A DNA stretch of 64,000 nucleotides from the human T2T-CHM13v2.0 reference genome, Homo sapiens. Position numbers and translations under genes: made by a program. Below are positions 20,441-34,579 of the stretch, piece after piece (within the stretch, counting starts at the first letter, position 1; every line of letters begins with the position of its first letter). The stretch lies in the NCBI RefSeq assembly GCF_009914755.1, contig NC_060933.1; one strand, 5' to 3'. Under the pieces are notes generated by a model. It was not told the origin of the DNA, searched no databases, and was given only the letters and a program-made list of their open reading frames with translations.

Positions 20441-21253
20441 ACAAACAACATAAAACTGAGGTGCTGTTACCAGTAGAGGAGGATATAGATGTTGTCAGGC
20501 AAAAGCAGCAGATCTTAGAATCATACAAGCCACCACCACATCTGCTCCTTTTACTATGCATGTGGGCATATGTCCCAGTGAAGGGATGTGTCTGGTCCAT
20601 GGTCACACAGTGGCAAAGCTAGTACTTTGGTTAGAATTCAGTTTGGCTACATGTAGTAGAAAACCACAAATAATAGTGGCACAACCAAGAGAGAGATTTA
20701 TTACTTTCTCTTATAAAAAACTCTGAAGGTGAGCAGTCCATCCTGACCCTGGACTGCCCACCATGGCAGTTCACCAGTCACCTGTCTTTCTGTTCTAGCA
20801 TCATGTATGTGCTTTCCATCCTCATTGCTGTCTCATGGTCCAATGTGGCTGCTGGAGCTCCAGCTTGGACCAGCCACCACATCTGCATTTCAGACAGCAG
20901 GCAAGGCAAGACAAGGCAGCTTTCCCAGCTGCGTTAGTTCCATCTGAGCAGCCTCTCCAATGTTCCACACCACACTTGTGGTCACATGTCATTAGCCTGG
21001 ATTTAGTCTGGTCACTCGTAGCTGCAAGACAGGTTGGGAACTTTAATCTTTTAGTTTGGTGAATTTCTGCCCAAAATAAAATCCAGTTTTTGTCCTTAAG
21101 AATAAGGGGAGAATGAAAACCATGGAAGCTAACAGTGTTCTCTTTCTATAATATACTCTAAGATTAAAAAGAAGGTGGGGTTATTTTCAGATGAATCAGG
21201 CATTCATTTTCCTACCAGCGTCTCATCTCTTGATATTTATTTCTTATCCACAG

Positions 21254-21365
21254 AGAGAAAAAAAAGTCTTGGTTCCAAACCAGGATATATGAGTGGGATC
21301 CCTGCTTTCAATTTCCAAGCAGAATGATTGGAACCATTGTGTTGGCATTCATCTGCCTGTATCTT
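21254..21365 (+). pseudogene. STRA6LP: STRA6LP exon C (112 nt) (Q)EKKKSWFQTRIYEWDPCFQFPSRMIGTIVLAFICLYL
   Basis: Acceptor ttcttatccacag, donor gtaagt; phase 2 to 0. Confidence 0.9.
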
Positions 21366-23407
21366 GTAAGTAGCTCTAAGAAAACCTTTTTATATTTTAT
21401 AAATGGGGCAGGGTTGGGGATGGGGTTATGGAGTCTTTGAGGCAAGCAGCATGTTCCTAAAGAGCTGGGTCAAAATTGAATCTTGGTAAGTCAAAGAAGT
21501 ACAATGCTTCAACCCCACCATTTTGATTCCAAGGACACTTTTACCCACATGGTGAATATGACTAGTAAAAATAATCCACAAAAAATAAAACTATAATGGT
21601 TAAAATGCCACATGGTAAAATTTATTATCAACTAAAACCTGATAGAAGAAAAATATATTTAAGAATATTTTGATATGCAAAATTTGAGCCAGGAAAGTTT
21701 ACTTGGTAGAAATAGTCATCCCTAAAGAAAACTTACAATAGTAGAATCTGTGATCAATAAATTTTTCTGTGAGCAAAAATCAAATCATTTAAATGTAAAA
21801 TAATTGATTCTAAAAAAATAATTTCAGTTCTTTTTCAATAATTGAATTTAAAATTATTGAACTTATTATAAATTAATAATTGAATTTATTTTAATTGAAT
21901 TAAAAATAAAAACAGATAACTAGAATTGGTTTACCATACTATATTTTTAAGCAGATTAAACATTCTTTTTTAAGTTTGCTTTCTCAACAAGACATTTTAA
22001 GTGCTGGCATAATTCTGACTTCAATATTTTATTAAGAATAGAATCAAAACATTTTGTGTGGTCAAAGTTATCTGAGATAAAATGGCTGAGTTAAAAGTAG
22101 GGTCAAAATGGATGCATAAAAATGGCAAGGCTAAATTGTCTTCTGTTCATTTTAAATGTAGTAGGAGAATACCTATTTAAGTAAATCCTGTGATTAAGTT
22201 TTTAGGTGAGTGTATTAGGTAGGTTATGCTGAAGTGCCAGATAACCTCCTAAATTCCTGTGGCTTAACAGTATATATTTTTTTACCCACACAACAGTGGT
22301 GAGTTCAGTGTTCAGGTAGGGGAAGCTGCACTCCTCTGTGTGGTCGTTCGGAAACCCAGAATTCTTCCATCATGTGCCTTCACCATCCTGGAGGACCTCA
22401 TCACAATCTGCATATAGTCAACAGAAAGGGGCAAAGCAAGGAGAGATGCTTGTGGAGGGTTTCCATGGACTAGGTGTGGAAGTATCATATATTCCTTCTA
22501 CTCCTCTTCTGTTGGCAAGAACCTAGTCATGTAGCCATACCCAATATAAGGGAGGCTGGGAAATGTAGTCTAGCTCTGTGCCCAAAGAAGGGAGAATGGA
22601 TTTTAAGGGACAACTATAGTTCTGTGTAACAATGAATAACGAATTTGGGATTACATTGTTTCTTAAGTATTTATGGAATATCTACTCTATGCCAAGCACT
22701 GGACTAAGAGTTGGAAGAGGGCAGAGAGCTGATTCAGCTCAGTCCTGGGCTGGGAGAAGCTCATGGTCTATGAGAAGGAGATAAGACATGGTATGAGGGA
22801 CCTGCCATCTTAAGAGAGAAAAAGGATAAAGTGAAATGCTCTGGAAGTTTAGCAAATCATTCAAGATCGAGCAGGTGCATGAACATGATAGTGTATGAGC
22901 TCCACTTTCAGAGATAAACGCGATTAGGTTTGTGAGTGAACTGGCAGCAGGAACTATAGAAGCAATGGCATGACAACAGGATGATAAGAAGTTGGGCAAC
23001 CATGACATTTGTACAAGAAATATTTGTACATTTCTCCAGTGTGGCTCCTGCAAAGATCAGTGAAGGGGATCAGTGAGATAGGGCTGGAATTGTCCCCCAG
23101 ATCACCCCTTACTCAAAGTTAGTCATTCTTTTTTTACTGGTTCCATGAATGTTTGTAGAGTTTCTTGAGCCCTTGTGGGCCCTTGTCTTGTTTGCTGGAG
23201 GATAAAGAACAGACCTTGAAGTAATTTCTGTCTCCCAAAAACTCAAAATCCCATTCATCTTAGAATAGTCAATGTCTAGAATCATTTTCAGAAGAGTTTT
23301 GAATGCCTAGAAGACACTGGCCTTGACCCCAAAGGAAAATCCATATGTTATTCCCATGCTGAGTTGGACTCAGGTGAGACCTGGAAACCTTTGCTCTGTG
23401 TCCCCAG

Positions 23408-23561
23408 TTCATTGTCATCGAGTTCTGCGTGTTTGTGTACGTGAGAGATGAGTTGGATGTGCTTGAAAACAACCTGGAAAGCTACATCACCTTCACGAAC
23501 CATTCAGGGGTCCTGACCCCAGTCATCCTGCAGGTGAAAGAGCTGATCAGTGTCACCAAAG
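23408..23561 (+). pseudogene. STRA6LP: STRA6LP exon D (154 nt) FIVIEFCVFVYVRDELDVLENNLESYITFTNHSGVLTPVILQVKELISVTK
   Basis: Acceptor gtgtccccag, donor gtaaaa; overlaps ORF 23429..23710; phase 0 to 1. Confidence 0.9.
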
Positions 23562-23959
23562 GTAAAACCATAAGCCACCTGTTCTCACACCTGTGTGGGA
23601 AACTGAGAGAGGGGCTTGTAACTGATGGCAGGTGGACACGTGTAGTATTTGTGGCTGCTAGCATTGATATACCTGGCTGGGATGACCACACTTGGAGAAA
23701 AATGTGTTAGAGCTGATTTACCTCCCTGGATTGACTAGAAAGACAAAGGGGTCAAGACACAGTCGTTTCTTTAATGAAGCTGGAGCTGAAATGAACATGC
23801 CCTGAAAATTTTCTCATCTTAAATTGCCCATTTTGTCTCAATGCCAATGGCAAGTACTAAAATGATTCTATATTTTCCATTTGGAAAAAAATAAAACACC
23901 AAACCTTGACCTTTCTTTATGAAATGTTTATTTATATCTTTCAAATTTTACTTGAAAGT

Positions 23960-24722
23960 CACTTAAAAATAGATCTCTTTAACTTAATCTCTTGTCTAAC
24001 TGAAATTTTGTATCCTTTGACACACATCTCCCCAATCCCACCCCCCTACACACACCCCTGCTTGCCCCTGATAACCACCATTCTACTCTGCTTTCATGAG
24101 TTCACCTCTTTTAGATTCCATACGTAAGTGAGATCATGCAGTATTTGTCTTTCTGTGCCTGGCTTATTTCACTTAATGTGATGTTCTCCAGGTTCATCCA
24201 TGTTGTCACAAATGGCAGGATTTCCTTGTTTTTAAAGGCTCAGTAGTAGTTCATTGTATATAATGTATAACACATTTTCTCTATTCATTTATCTGTTGTT
24301 GGTCACTTAGGTTGATTCCATCTGTTGGCTATTGTGAACAGTGCTGCAATGAAAATGGTAGTGCAGATATCTCTTCAATATACTGATTTCATTTCCTTTG
24401 GATATATACCCAGTAGTGAGATTGATGGATCACATGATAATTGTATTTTTAATTTTTTGAGGAACCTCCATACTATTTTACAAAAGGTTGTACTAATTTA
24501 CATTCACACTAACAGTGTACTAGAGTTGTTTTTTCTCCACATCCTTGCCAACACTTATCTCTTGTCTTTTTGATAGTAGCCATTCTCACAAGTATAAGAT
24601 GATACCTTGTTGTGGTTTTGATTTGTATTTCCCTGATAATTAGTGGTGATGAACATTTTTTCATATACCTGTTGGCCATTGGTATGTCTTCTTTTGAGAA
24701 ATGTCTATTCAGGTCCTTTGCC
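23960..24722 (-). mobile_element. L1MA 3' fragment
   Basis: ORF 24509..24742 ([13 protein letters not shown]...KCWQGCG) is the L1 ORF2 C-terminus. Confidence 0.85.
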
Positions 24723-25667
24723 CTAGGCAATAAGAAAGGCACTTTATCTTAAAATGGAAACTTTCTTTGAAAATGACATATTTGAGTGTTATGTCTATTG
24801 CCTGTGGAGGGATGAGAATTGTTCATTATTCCCAGATGAGAAAGGACCCTAGACAAGATGCCTGGATACGTTCACTCTGTGTCATAAGACAAGTCAGGAC
24901 CCCTCTCTTGGCCCCAGTTTCCTCATCTGTGAAATCACATATTTGTGTCATGGAAAGTTACCTTTTACATGAGCACTGAACAGATACTGCCCCTTCCGCA
25001 GTACCATAGTTTACTGTTGCTCTTCAACAGTTTTATTCATCTTCAGTGGAGATTTATGTTCAACATAATGAGTCCCTGAGTATAACACTGAGAGAGTATA
25101 TTATAATCTTTAATTTCAGTGATACCCATTCTAAATCTTACTTTTAGAAATACACATTTTCATCTCTGTTTTCGGAAAAAATTTTAAAGGAAACTTCACT
25201 TTCTTGGTCTCTGTGCTTTATGGTGAATATATCACCATGTTCACTCATGTTTTGATGTATTTATCACACATACAGACATTTTGAGAATCAAAACATTAAA
25301 TTTTTCTTTATCCTGGTCTCTTCCAGCTTTAAAACAGCTACCCATTTGCCAAGAGAAACTTTCAAGCTGACCATACTTCACCTTTGCCTGGGAAGATAAA
25401 GGCATTAAATTAAATGCATAAGGTGTTCATGCTGTTAGCTGGAGCAACTCTGCACTCACCCTTCTTGTAGCCAGACTCGTCTCATCCTTCCCTTCCAAAC
25501 ACGTTTTCCCTGCATCCTCTGGGGTAGGATTTATGGCAGTTTTGGGTTGGTTGAGATTTGGAATGTAGCACTTGCCTAGTCCTAGTGATCCTGGGACAAG
25601 GACAAGGACACATTTGGAACTTGAAAGGAAAGGAAATCTACTTTCATTTTCTTTCTTTTTAAGAAAC

Positions 25668-28600
25668 TTTTTTTTTTTTCCAGAGAGGGTATCACTCTGT
25701 CACTCAGGCTCAGAGGCATGATTATGGCTCACTGCAGCCTCAACCTCCCAGGCTCAGGCAATCCTCTCACTCTGCTTCCCAAGTAGCTGGGACCACAAGC
25801 ACATGCCACCACACCCAGCTAATTTGCTGATTTTTTTGTAGAGACAGGGTCTTGCTATGTTGCCCAGGCTGGTCTCAAATTCCTGCAATCAAGCAGTCCT
25901 CACACTTTGGCCTCCCAGAGTGCTATGATTACAGATGTGAGCTACTGCACCTGGCCTTGAAACACCTTTATGGAGACATAACCCACATTCCATACATTCA
26001 TCCATTTAAGTGTACCATTCAATGGTTTTTAGTATTTTCTCAAGATTGTGCAACCATTTAGAACATTTTTCATCACCTCCCCAAAACATCATGACCCATT
26101 TCCCTCCAACCTTTCCTGTCCTAAACAACTATGAATCTATTTTCTATCCTTATGGATTTGCCTATTCCAGCTCTATCATAGAAATGGAATAATGTGATAA
26201 TGTCGTCTCTTTTTCAAATTTATTTTTTAAACTGACTTCTAAAATTGTATGCATTTATTCTGTAAAACATAATGTTTTGAAGTATATATCATTTTAAAAT
26301 GGTTAAATCTAGCTAATTGACAAATATATTACCTCAAATAGTTACAATTTTTGTGATGGAACACTTAACATTCATTCAGCATTTTTGTAGAATATAATAT
26401 ATCATTATGAACTATAGTCACCATGTTGTACAATAGGTCTCTTGAACTTATTCCTCCTATTTACAATACGTCACCCTTTGTGACAGGCTTCTTTCATGTA
26501 GCAAGGTTCATCCATATCACAGCATGTGTCCAAATTTTTAAATTATTTTTTATTCCTTTTTATTGTCAATTACTGTTCCATTCTATGAATATACATTTTA
26601 TTTATTCATTCATCAGTTGATAAAAATTTGGGTTGCTGTAACTTTTTGACTATTACAAATAAGACTGCTAGGAACATTCATGTACAAGTATTATATATTT
26701 TTTTTTTTTTACATATTTTGGGTATATATCTAGGAGTGGAATAGCCGGTTAAACACATGAAAACTCTATGTTTAACCTTTTGGAGAACTGCTAGACTGTT
26801 TTCAAAAGCAGCTGTATCACTGTTTAGTCTCACCAGCATTGTGGAAATTCCAATTTCTCCACATCCTTGTCAACACTTATTATTATCCATCTTTTTTGTT
26901 TATAGCCATCTAGTGGAGATGCAGTGGAATCTCACTATTGTTTTTATTTTCATTTCTTTAGTGGCTAATAATGTTTGGTATCTTTACATGTACTTTTACA
27001 CGTACTGGCCATTTGTATATATTCTTTTGAGAAATGTCTATTCAGATTCTTTGATGATTTAAAAATTGCATTATTTATTTATTGAGCTGTAAGTGTGCTT
27101 AATAATTTGTATACAAATCCCTTATGAGATACATGATTTGAAAATGTTTTCTCCCATTTTGTGGGTTACTTTTTCACTTTTCTTGATGATATCTTTTGAA
27201 ACACAAATGTTTCCAATTTCGATGAAGCCAAACATATCTGTTTTTTCTTATGTCACTTGTGCTTTTGGTGTCATATCTAAGAAACCATTGTCTAACCCAA
27301 GGTCACAGGGATTTTTCTCATATTTTCTTCTAAGACTTTTTTAGTTTTAGCTCTTACATTTAGGCCTTTGATCCATTTTGAGCTCATTTTTATGTATGGT
27401 TTGAGGTAGGAGTCTAATTTCATTGTTTTGCATGTGAATATCAAGTTGTTCCAGCACCATTTGTCAAAAAACACATTTTTGCCCCATTGAATTGTCTTGT
27501 CATCTGTGTTGATAATAAATTGACCATAAGTATGAGGGTTTATTTTGGATTCTCAATTCTATTCCATTGATCTATTTGTCTGTCCTTATGTCAGTATCAC
27601 AGTGCCTTCATTACTGTAACTTTGTAGTAAGTTTGAAATTAGAAACAGCAAGTCCTGTAATTTTCTTTTTCTTTTACAGAATTTTATTGCCTGTTCTTGG
27701 TTCCTTCAATTTTATATGAATATTAGGATTAGCTGGTCAATTAATGCTAAGATGGCATTTGAATTCTGATAGGGATTGAGTTGAATCTATAGATCCATTT
27801 GTGTAGTATTGCTGTGTTAACAATGAATATCCTATATGTGAACATGGGAAGTCTTCCCAGTAATTTATGTCTTCTTTAATTTTTTTCAAAATCTTTTGTG
27901 GTTTTCAGTGTATGAGTTCTACATTCTTTTGCTAAATTTAATATTATTATTTTTGATACTATTGTAAATGCAATCATTTTCTTATTTCATTTTCAGATTG
28001 TTCATTGCTTGTGTATAGAAATACAATTGACTTTTATATATTTCTTTTGTGTTCTATAAACCTTACTGTACTCATTTATTAGTTCTAATAGTTTTTTTGT
28101 ATATTTCCTGCTTTTTCTATATATGAGATCATGGCATTTGTGAATAGAGTTTTATTTTTTCCTTTCCAATCTGGATGCATTTTATATTCTTTTTCTTGCC
28201 TAATTGCACTGGCTCAAACCTCTAGTACAATTTTGGCTAGAGGAGAGTAGATATGTTTTTTTGTTGTTGTTGTTGTTCTTGAGGTTAGGGGGAAAGCATT
28301 CAGTCTTTTACTGCTAAGTATGATGTTAGCTGTGGGTTTTTAGCAGATGCTCTTTATCAGGCTAAGGAAGTTATTTTGTATTCCTAATAGGTTGAGTAGT
28401 GTTTTGTTTTGTTTTGTTTTGTTTTTAATTGACACATAAAAATTGTACATATTTATTAGATACAATGTGATGTTTAGATATGTATATACATTGACTGATG
28501 ATTAAATGAGTAAACCCATCCCCTCAGACATTTATCATTTATTTATGGTGAGAACATTCGAAATCCTGTCTTCTAGCTATTTTGAAATATACAACACATT

Positions 28601-28715
28601 ATTGTTAACTATAGTTTCTGTACTGTGCAACAGAACACCAGATGTTGAATGTTTTTAATTGTAAAGAGATGTTGGATTTTGTCAAATACTTTTTTTGCAC
28701 CTATTGATAATCAAC
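25668..28715 (-). mobile_element. AluJ (25668-25956) followed by a degraded L1M block
   Basis: Antisense Alu, then L1 3' UTR/ORF2 (ORF 27292..27474 FDKWCWNN). Confidence 0.8.
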
Positions 28716-28726
28716 TTCTACACAAG

Positions 28727-29030
<304 letters not shown>

Positions 29031-29550
29031 TCTACACAAGTTTTTAAACCAACAAATCATCCTACTTCCCTGTTTCTACATCCCTCTCTCATGAACGCAC
29101 ACAATCTCTCTAAAAGCAAATTAGATTCTCAATATCAAAACTTGCTGAAGGGTGGGTGAGTGAATAGCCAAGACATCTTGATCCCAGCTATCTTTGTACC
29201 CGGTTGAGGTATAACCAACATCCCTCCCAAAAAAGTGGCAATTAGAGGTCAAATATGTTTTTCATGCACAGAGGCTATGTATGATATGTGGGAAATACTC
29301 CATAACTTTTCTTCCTTTCTTCACTGTAGAGCGAAAATATTAGTACAAAATGAGAGGAGTATGCAGGAACTATACTAAGCGTGTGTGCAGCTAAAATAAA
29401 ACAGAAAATGAGCAAAAGTTTACTTACACAAGAAATGTGTTAAAGTCTACTTGATTTGCTTAGAACTTTCTGGTGCAGGATTCCGCATTTTTAAAAATTC
29501 TATTTCATGTTTATTTTTCAAGGCTTCTCATATCACTTTTCATATTTCAG

Positions 29551-29626
29551 GAGTCTGGGTGGCGACCATTTTGCCCGCGTATCTCACGTGTGTGAGCTAT
29601 CTGTTCCACATTTTGGTCTGTTACAG
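29551..29626 (+). pseudogene. STRA6LP: STRA6LP exon E (76 nt) (G)VWVATILPAYLTCVSYLFHILVCY(R)
   Basis: Acceptor catatttcag, donor gtaaga; phase 1 to 2. Confidence 0.9.
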
Positions 29627-30207
29627 GTAAGAGTACTCTCAGAGTCATTTGTTTGTCTTTCACCAGGAATATGTATGACAAGCTTTCCTCAGAATCTCCA
29701 AATAGTGCCTGCAGTGGGCCTAGGAAGTGAATGCAAGGTCCAGGACTAACCACATCTTTTAGTAGGAAGAAGAAAAGCATTATTGATTTGAACTTCTACA
29801 ATGAGCTAACATTATGCTTAGAGTCTTCACTTGAATTTCACAACAACCCTGAGGGATAAGTACTTTCATCCCTATTTTTACAGTTGAGAAAGCTGAAAAT
29901 CAACCAGATTAAATAACTTGCCCAAGCAATTAGCAGATGATCAAGTCTTTCTGACCCCAGAGACCTTGTTATTTCTTGTACACTCAGACACCTCTATTGG
30001 GTATCAGACCTGCCTTGCTCTACAGGGCTAGTAACACTGGGTCCCCAGCAGGTGAATCTGGCTCAAGGGAACATCAGTGAATATTGAATCAAGGGGACAA
30101 AGGACATCCATCTCAAGAAAAGCAGTATAGGAAGAGGGAGTGGCTTTAAACATGGTGTGAGCATTTGCACGCAGATATCAGTTGGGTTTTAGGTACCTGC
30201 TGGTCAC

Positions 30208-30251
<44 letters not shown>

Positions 30252-30280
30252 TGCATGCACACACGCACGCACACACACAC
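30208..30280. repeat. (TC)n(CA)n compound microsatellite
   Basis: Read directly from the sequence. Confidence 0.9.
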
Positions 30281-31522
30281 AGTCTTACAGGAAGCCCAGG
30301 CCAATATCCAGCTCTGAAGAGCATCCTGCCTTTACATCCTCCTCTTATGCCTGCCCAAAGGGTGAGTCTCTTGCAGAGGACACCCACAAGAAGACTCTCC
30401 TGGCATGAAGGGTCCCAGCTCTCCACCAGCCCTGCCTTGCTCCCTTTCTCTACTTTCTTCTCATTGGACCCCACAGGTGGTCTGGATACTGCTACTACCT
30501 CTGCCCTGCCTGATGTGTGCACATGTCTCCTCCTTCCCTCATTAGTCTGCATGTGGCTGGGAGATATTCACTGAGACATTTGAGCACAACCAGGGACAAG
30601 CACGATGCAAAGGAAGCTGCATGGACATGGATGTGTGGCCAAGGGCACAGGGAGAGGAGGCCTGCATTCCCGTCCAGGCTGCCCTTGCCCCTACCTGTCA
30701 CCCAGGAGTGATGATGCCTGCCCTGCTTCCTTATCAGAACCATGGGGCAGAGGACACCAAGGATGAGAAACACACTACAAACTGTAGAGCACTAGCATTG
30801 TGTCAGCATTGTAGTTTTTATTATTCCAACCTACATACAGGTGCGTTAAAAAATATTACAAAAAATGTTTAGCGTAAAGTAAGTCTTCCTCCTACTCAAA
30901 CCCCTAATTTTTTGCCCTAAGATAACCACTGTTAACTGTTTTCTGTGCATACTTCCAGAAATTTTCCATGCACAATGCAAATATGAGTGTGTGCTCTGTG
31001 TGTGTTGTATGTATTGGTGGTACCACACTCAACTCCATGCTGCCAAACAGAAACAAAATGAAATTCACATGTTCAATTTTGAAAGTTCTAGTAGCCTCTG
31101 TTTAAAAACTAAAAATAGACAGGTTACATTAGTCTTAATAATGTTTTATTTAATCCAATATATCTCAAATATTATCATTTCAACATGTAATATATACAAA
31201 AATTATTATTGAGATATTTACATTCTGTATTTGTTCCAAGTCTTTCCAATTTAGTGGTCATGAAAAGTACAAAACAGGCTGAAAACTGCTGGAGAGAGAA
31301 TGTGAAATTAAAAAACTAGGACACAAATATGAGTATAGACTATGAACATAATGCTGTCAACCTCACCTTTATGCACAGGGCCAAGGACTGGGCTAGAACA
31401 TTGAAAAATGAAGCTGTGACTTGTAAGGGGTGGGATTGTGAGGGGTTGTTTCCCCTTTTTCATTTTCCTTTACATTGTTATAAGGTTAGGCAATCAGTGA
31501 AATTGGTTTTCTGTTTTCAACT

Positions 31523-32222
<700 letters not shown>

Positions 32223-32486
32223 ACAAGCCACACGTAATCTCATCTATCAGATTCAGTCACCATTATGACTCAATAAATACATATTATTTTTACAAAATAT
32301 AATCTAGACTAAAGATCAAGACTTTTAATGCAGTCCTGGGGCTACCTGGTGAGCTGCAATCAGCACAGGGAGGCTAGGGTGCATACCATCAGCCCCGCAG
32401 GCCTTACTGTGCTATCTATGGGACTCCAATTATGCACAAAGAGCCATCAGTTATGGGTACTACTTAATGTCCTACGTCTTTTCCAG

Positions 32487-32568
32487 AAAGCACATGAAGA
32501 GGCTATGGGCAGGAGATAAACATTTTCTTCCTTTGAAGTTCCATAACCCGGCCTCGTCGGAGAGCATG
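32487..32568 (+). pseudogene. STRA6LP: STRA6LP exon F (82 nt) [27 protein letters not shown]
   Basis: Acceptor gtcttttccag, donor gtgagt; phase 2 to 0. Confidence 0.9.
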
Positions 32569-32756
32569 GTGAGTCTGCCAAGGTCTCTCTCTGATCTGAG
32601 ACTAAGCCATATGCCAAAACCTGAGGGTGAGCATGACACCTGCCTCACTGGATTGGTGGGTGAACTTCCAATGAGAAAGGGATGCTGGGCACATGTTGCA
32701 GAGGTGATGAAGTTTTCCTCCTGCTCTGAGACCCCTTTTTTCCTTTTAAACCTCAG

Positions 32757-32805
32757 GTGGCCATTGCAAGGTACTCTGGCTGGCAAATAGCCTATATTCT
32801 GTGGG
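32757..32805 (+). pseudogene. STRA6LP: STRA6LP exon G (49 nt) [16 protein letters not shown](G)
   Basis: Acceptor aaacctcag, donor gtaagt; phase 0 to 1. Confidence 0.9.
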
Positions 32806-33273
32806 GTAAGTGCCATTATGTGACCCATCCAATTCAGCACACATCCCTTCATCACCTAGGAAGTCCTGGCTGTGAGTGGGGAGGAGAGAGGTGGTCAGAA
32901 GCAGCCCTAGCCTCTGCCCTTGAGGGACCTTCAGGACAGAAGGAGAAACATAGTCTCGAGGTCCTCCTCACCACCCGTCCTGAACCCAGGGAGTTCATAT
33001 GCTAAGGGTGGTGGTGACCCAGAGAAGAAAGTGACTATCCAGCCCCAGGGCAGGGCTCAGGTGCCTTCTAGGGGAGTTGACACTCGAACTGCACCTGGCA
33101 GGTAGAGTAGGAAGTGAACAGGAAGGAATGTGAGGCCTTGCCAGTAGAAGAAACAGATAAGCAAGCGTGCCAGGGTGTCTGGCGGGAGGAGGGTAGAGGG
33201 TGGCCTGCAAGGAGGGGTATAGGGGGTAGCTCACGAAGGACCTTGAGTTACCACTGGCTCCCTTCACTCCTAG

Positions 33274-33390
33274 GCTACCTCATCATTCACATGGTACAGA
33301 GCCTATGTGGCATGGCAATCATGTACAGCCTGGTGCTACCCATCGTCCAAACCAGGGCCTGGAAATGCTGCAAGGGCTGGGCATTGGGAT
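33274..33390 (+). pseudogene. STRA6LP: STRA6LP exon H (117 nt; 118 needed) carrying the 1-nt deletion
   Basis: Acceptor cactcctag, donor gtaagt. It starts in frame (YLIIHMVQSLCGMAIMYSLVLPIV), but the homologous continuation NQGLEMLQGLGIG is in another frame after ~33350. The next exon needs phase 2 and this one ends in phase 1. Confidence 0.9.
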
Positions 33391-34459
33391 GTAAGTGCTG
33401 GGCGGGTATCCTGTCATTGACATGTTCTGAGAGCTGGGGTCCCCCCAACTGCTATGTGGACCCATGGTCTTGGCCCTGACCCAGAGATGGGCCATGATAG
33501 TAACTCATGGTGGGGGGAAACAGCGTTCACAAAAGGCTGCCTCTCACACCATTCCACAATGCCCTCACAACCATGTATGGGGTGGGGGATACATATGTCC
33601 ATTTTCCAGCTGGGAAAATTGAGGTTTAGGAAAGTAAAATGAGAGGCAAGACAGTATGATGGAAGGAAGCAGGGAATCCTGGCAAAGCTTTTGGATCTGC
33701 TGTGTGACCTGGGGTAAGTTATTCCACTTCTCTGCACCTCAGTTTACATATCTGGAAGACAAAGTAATGTTGGCTTCATTGAGCATTTAGTATGCATCTT
33801 TTCTCATAATAGCCTATGAACTTGGTGCTTGTGTTAACCTTCCATTTTGCAGACCAGGGAACAGAGGCACAGAGAGACTGAGCGTTTCCTCCAAGCAGGG
33901 GGAGGACTCAGGATTGGGAGCTGGGCAATCTGAAACCAAAGCCTCCTTTTAGCCACTGCCTCTCATTGCCACTCCAGGGGATGTCAACACAGCATGCAGT
34001 GCTCTCTGGGGCCCCTCCCTGCTCTGAGCTTCTTGATTCCATACTTGCCTTGAACCACCTGTGAGTTGGGGGCAGAGCCTGTCCTGTCCACTCTCTTGTG
34101 GTCTTCTCAGGAACTTCCAAGAACTGCATTCCATTTTTTAATTCCCAACCTGTTAAACTGCTCACCCAGCTGCCACCCCTGATGAAAGGGACATCAGTGA
34201 AATCCTGGAGTAATGGTCTGTGATCTGGAGCTAGAAGACCTAACCATGTGGTCTTGGGAAGGTCACCTCCCCTTTGTAAGCCTCAGTTTTCTCCTCTGCA
34301 CAATGGGCGTGGGAATGCCTTGTAAGCGTAAAGCATGGAACTCACATTACCATTGTCCTGCCGGGTGGTCAACCTGTCTCCCCTCTCTCACTGGGCATCA
34401 GAGAAGGATCTGGCAGAAGGGAAAAGGCTGCCTCAGGATGGCCCCACCCTGTGTTTCAG

Positions 34460-34579
34460 CCTTACAATATCCATCGTTGTGGGTCTCATGATCCTGCAGA
34501 TGTGTATCGCTGCCAGCTTCTTCCTACAGCCAAAGCTGGGCACGGCTGACAAGCAGAAGCCCCTGGCTCTCAACAACAG
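34460..34579 (+). pseudogene. STRA6LP: STRA6LP exon I (120 nt) [39 protein letters not shown](R)
   Basis: Acceptor gtgtttcag, donor gtgaca; symmetric phase 2 to 2. The frameshifted frame stops at TGA 34489-34491. Confidence 0.9.

Noticed and set aside
21258-21265. Possible frameshift in the A-run of exon C
   Set aside because: The run is A8 and the exon is 112 nt, which preserves frame (QEKKKSWF).
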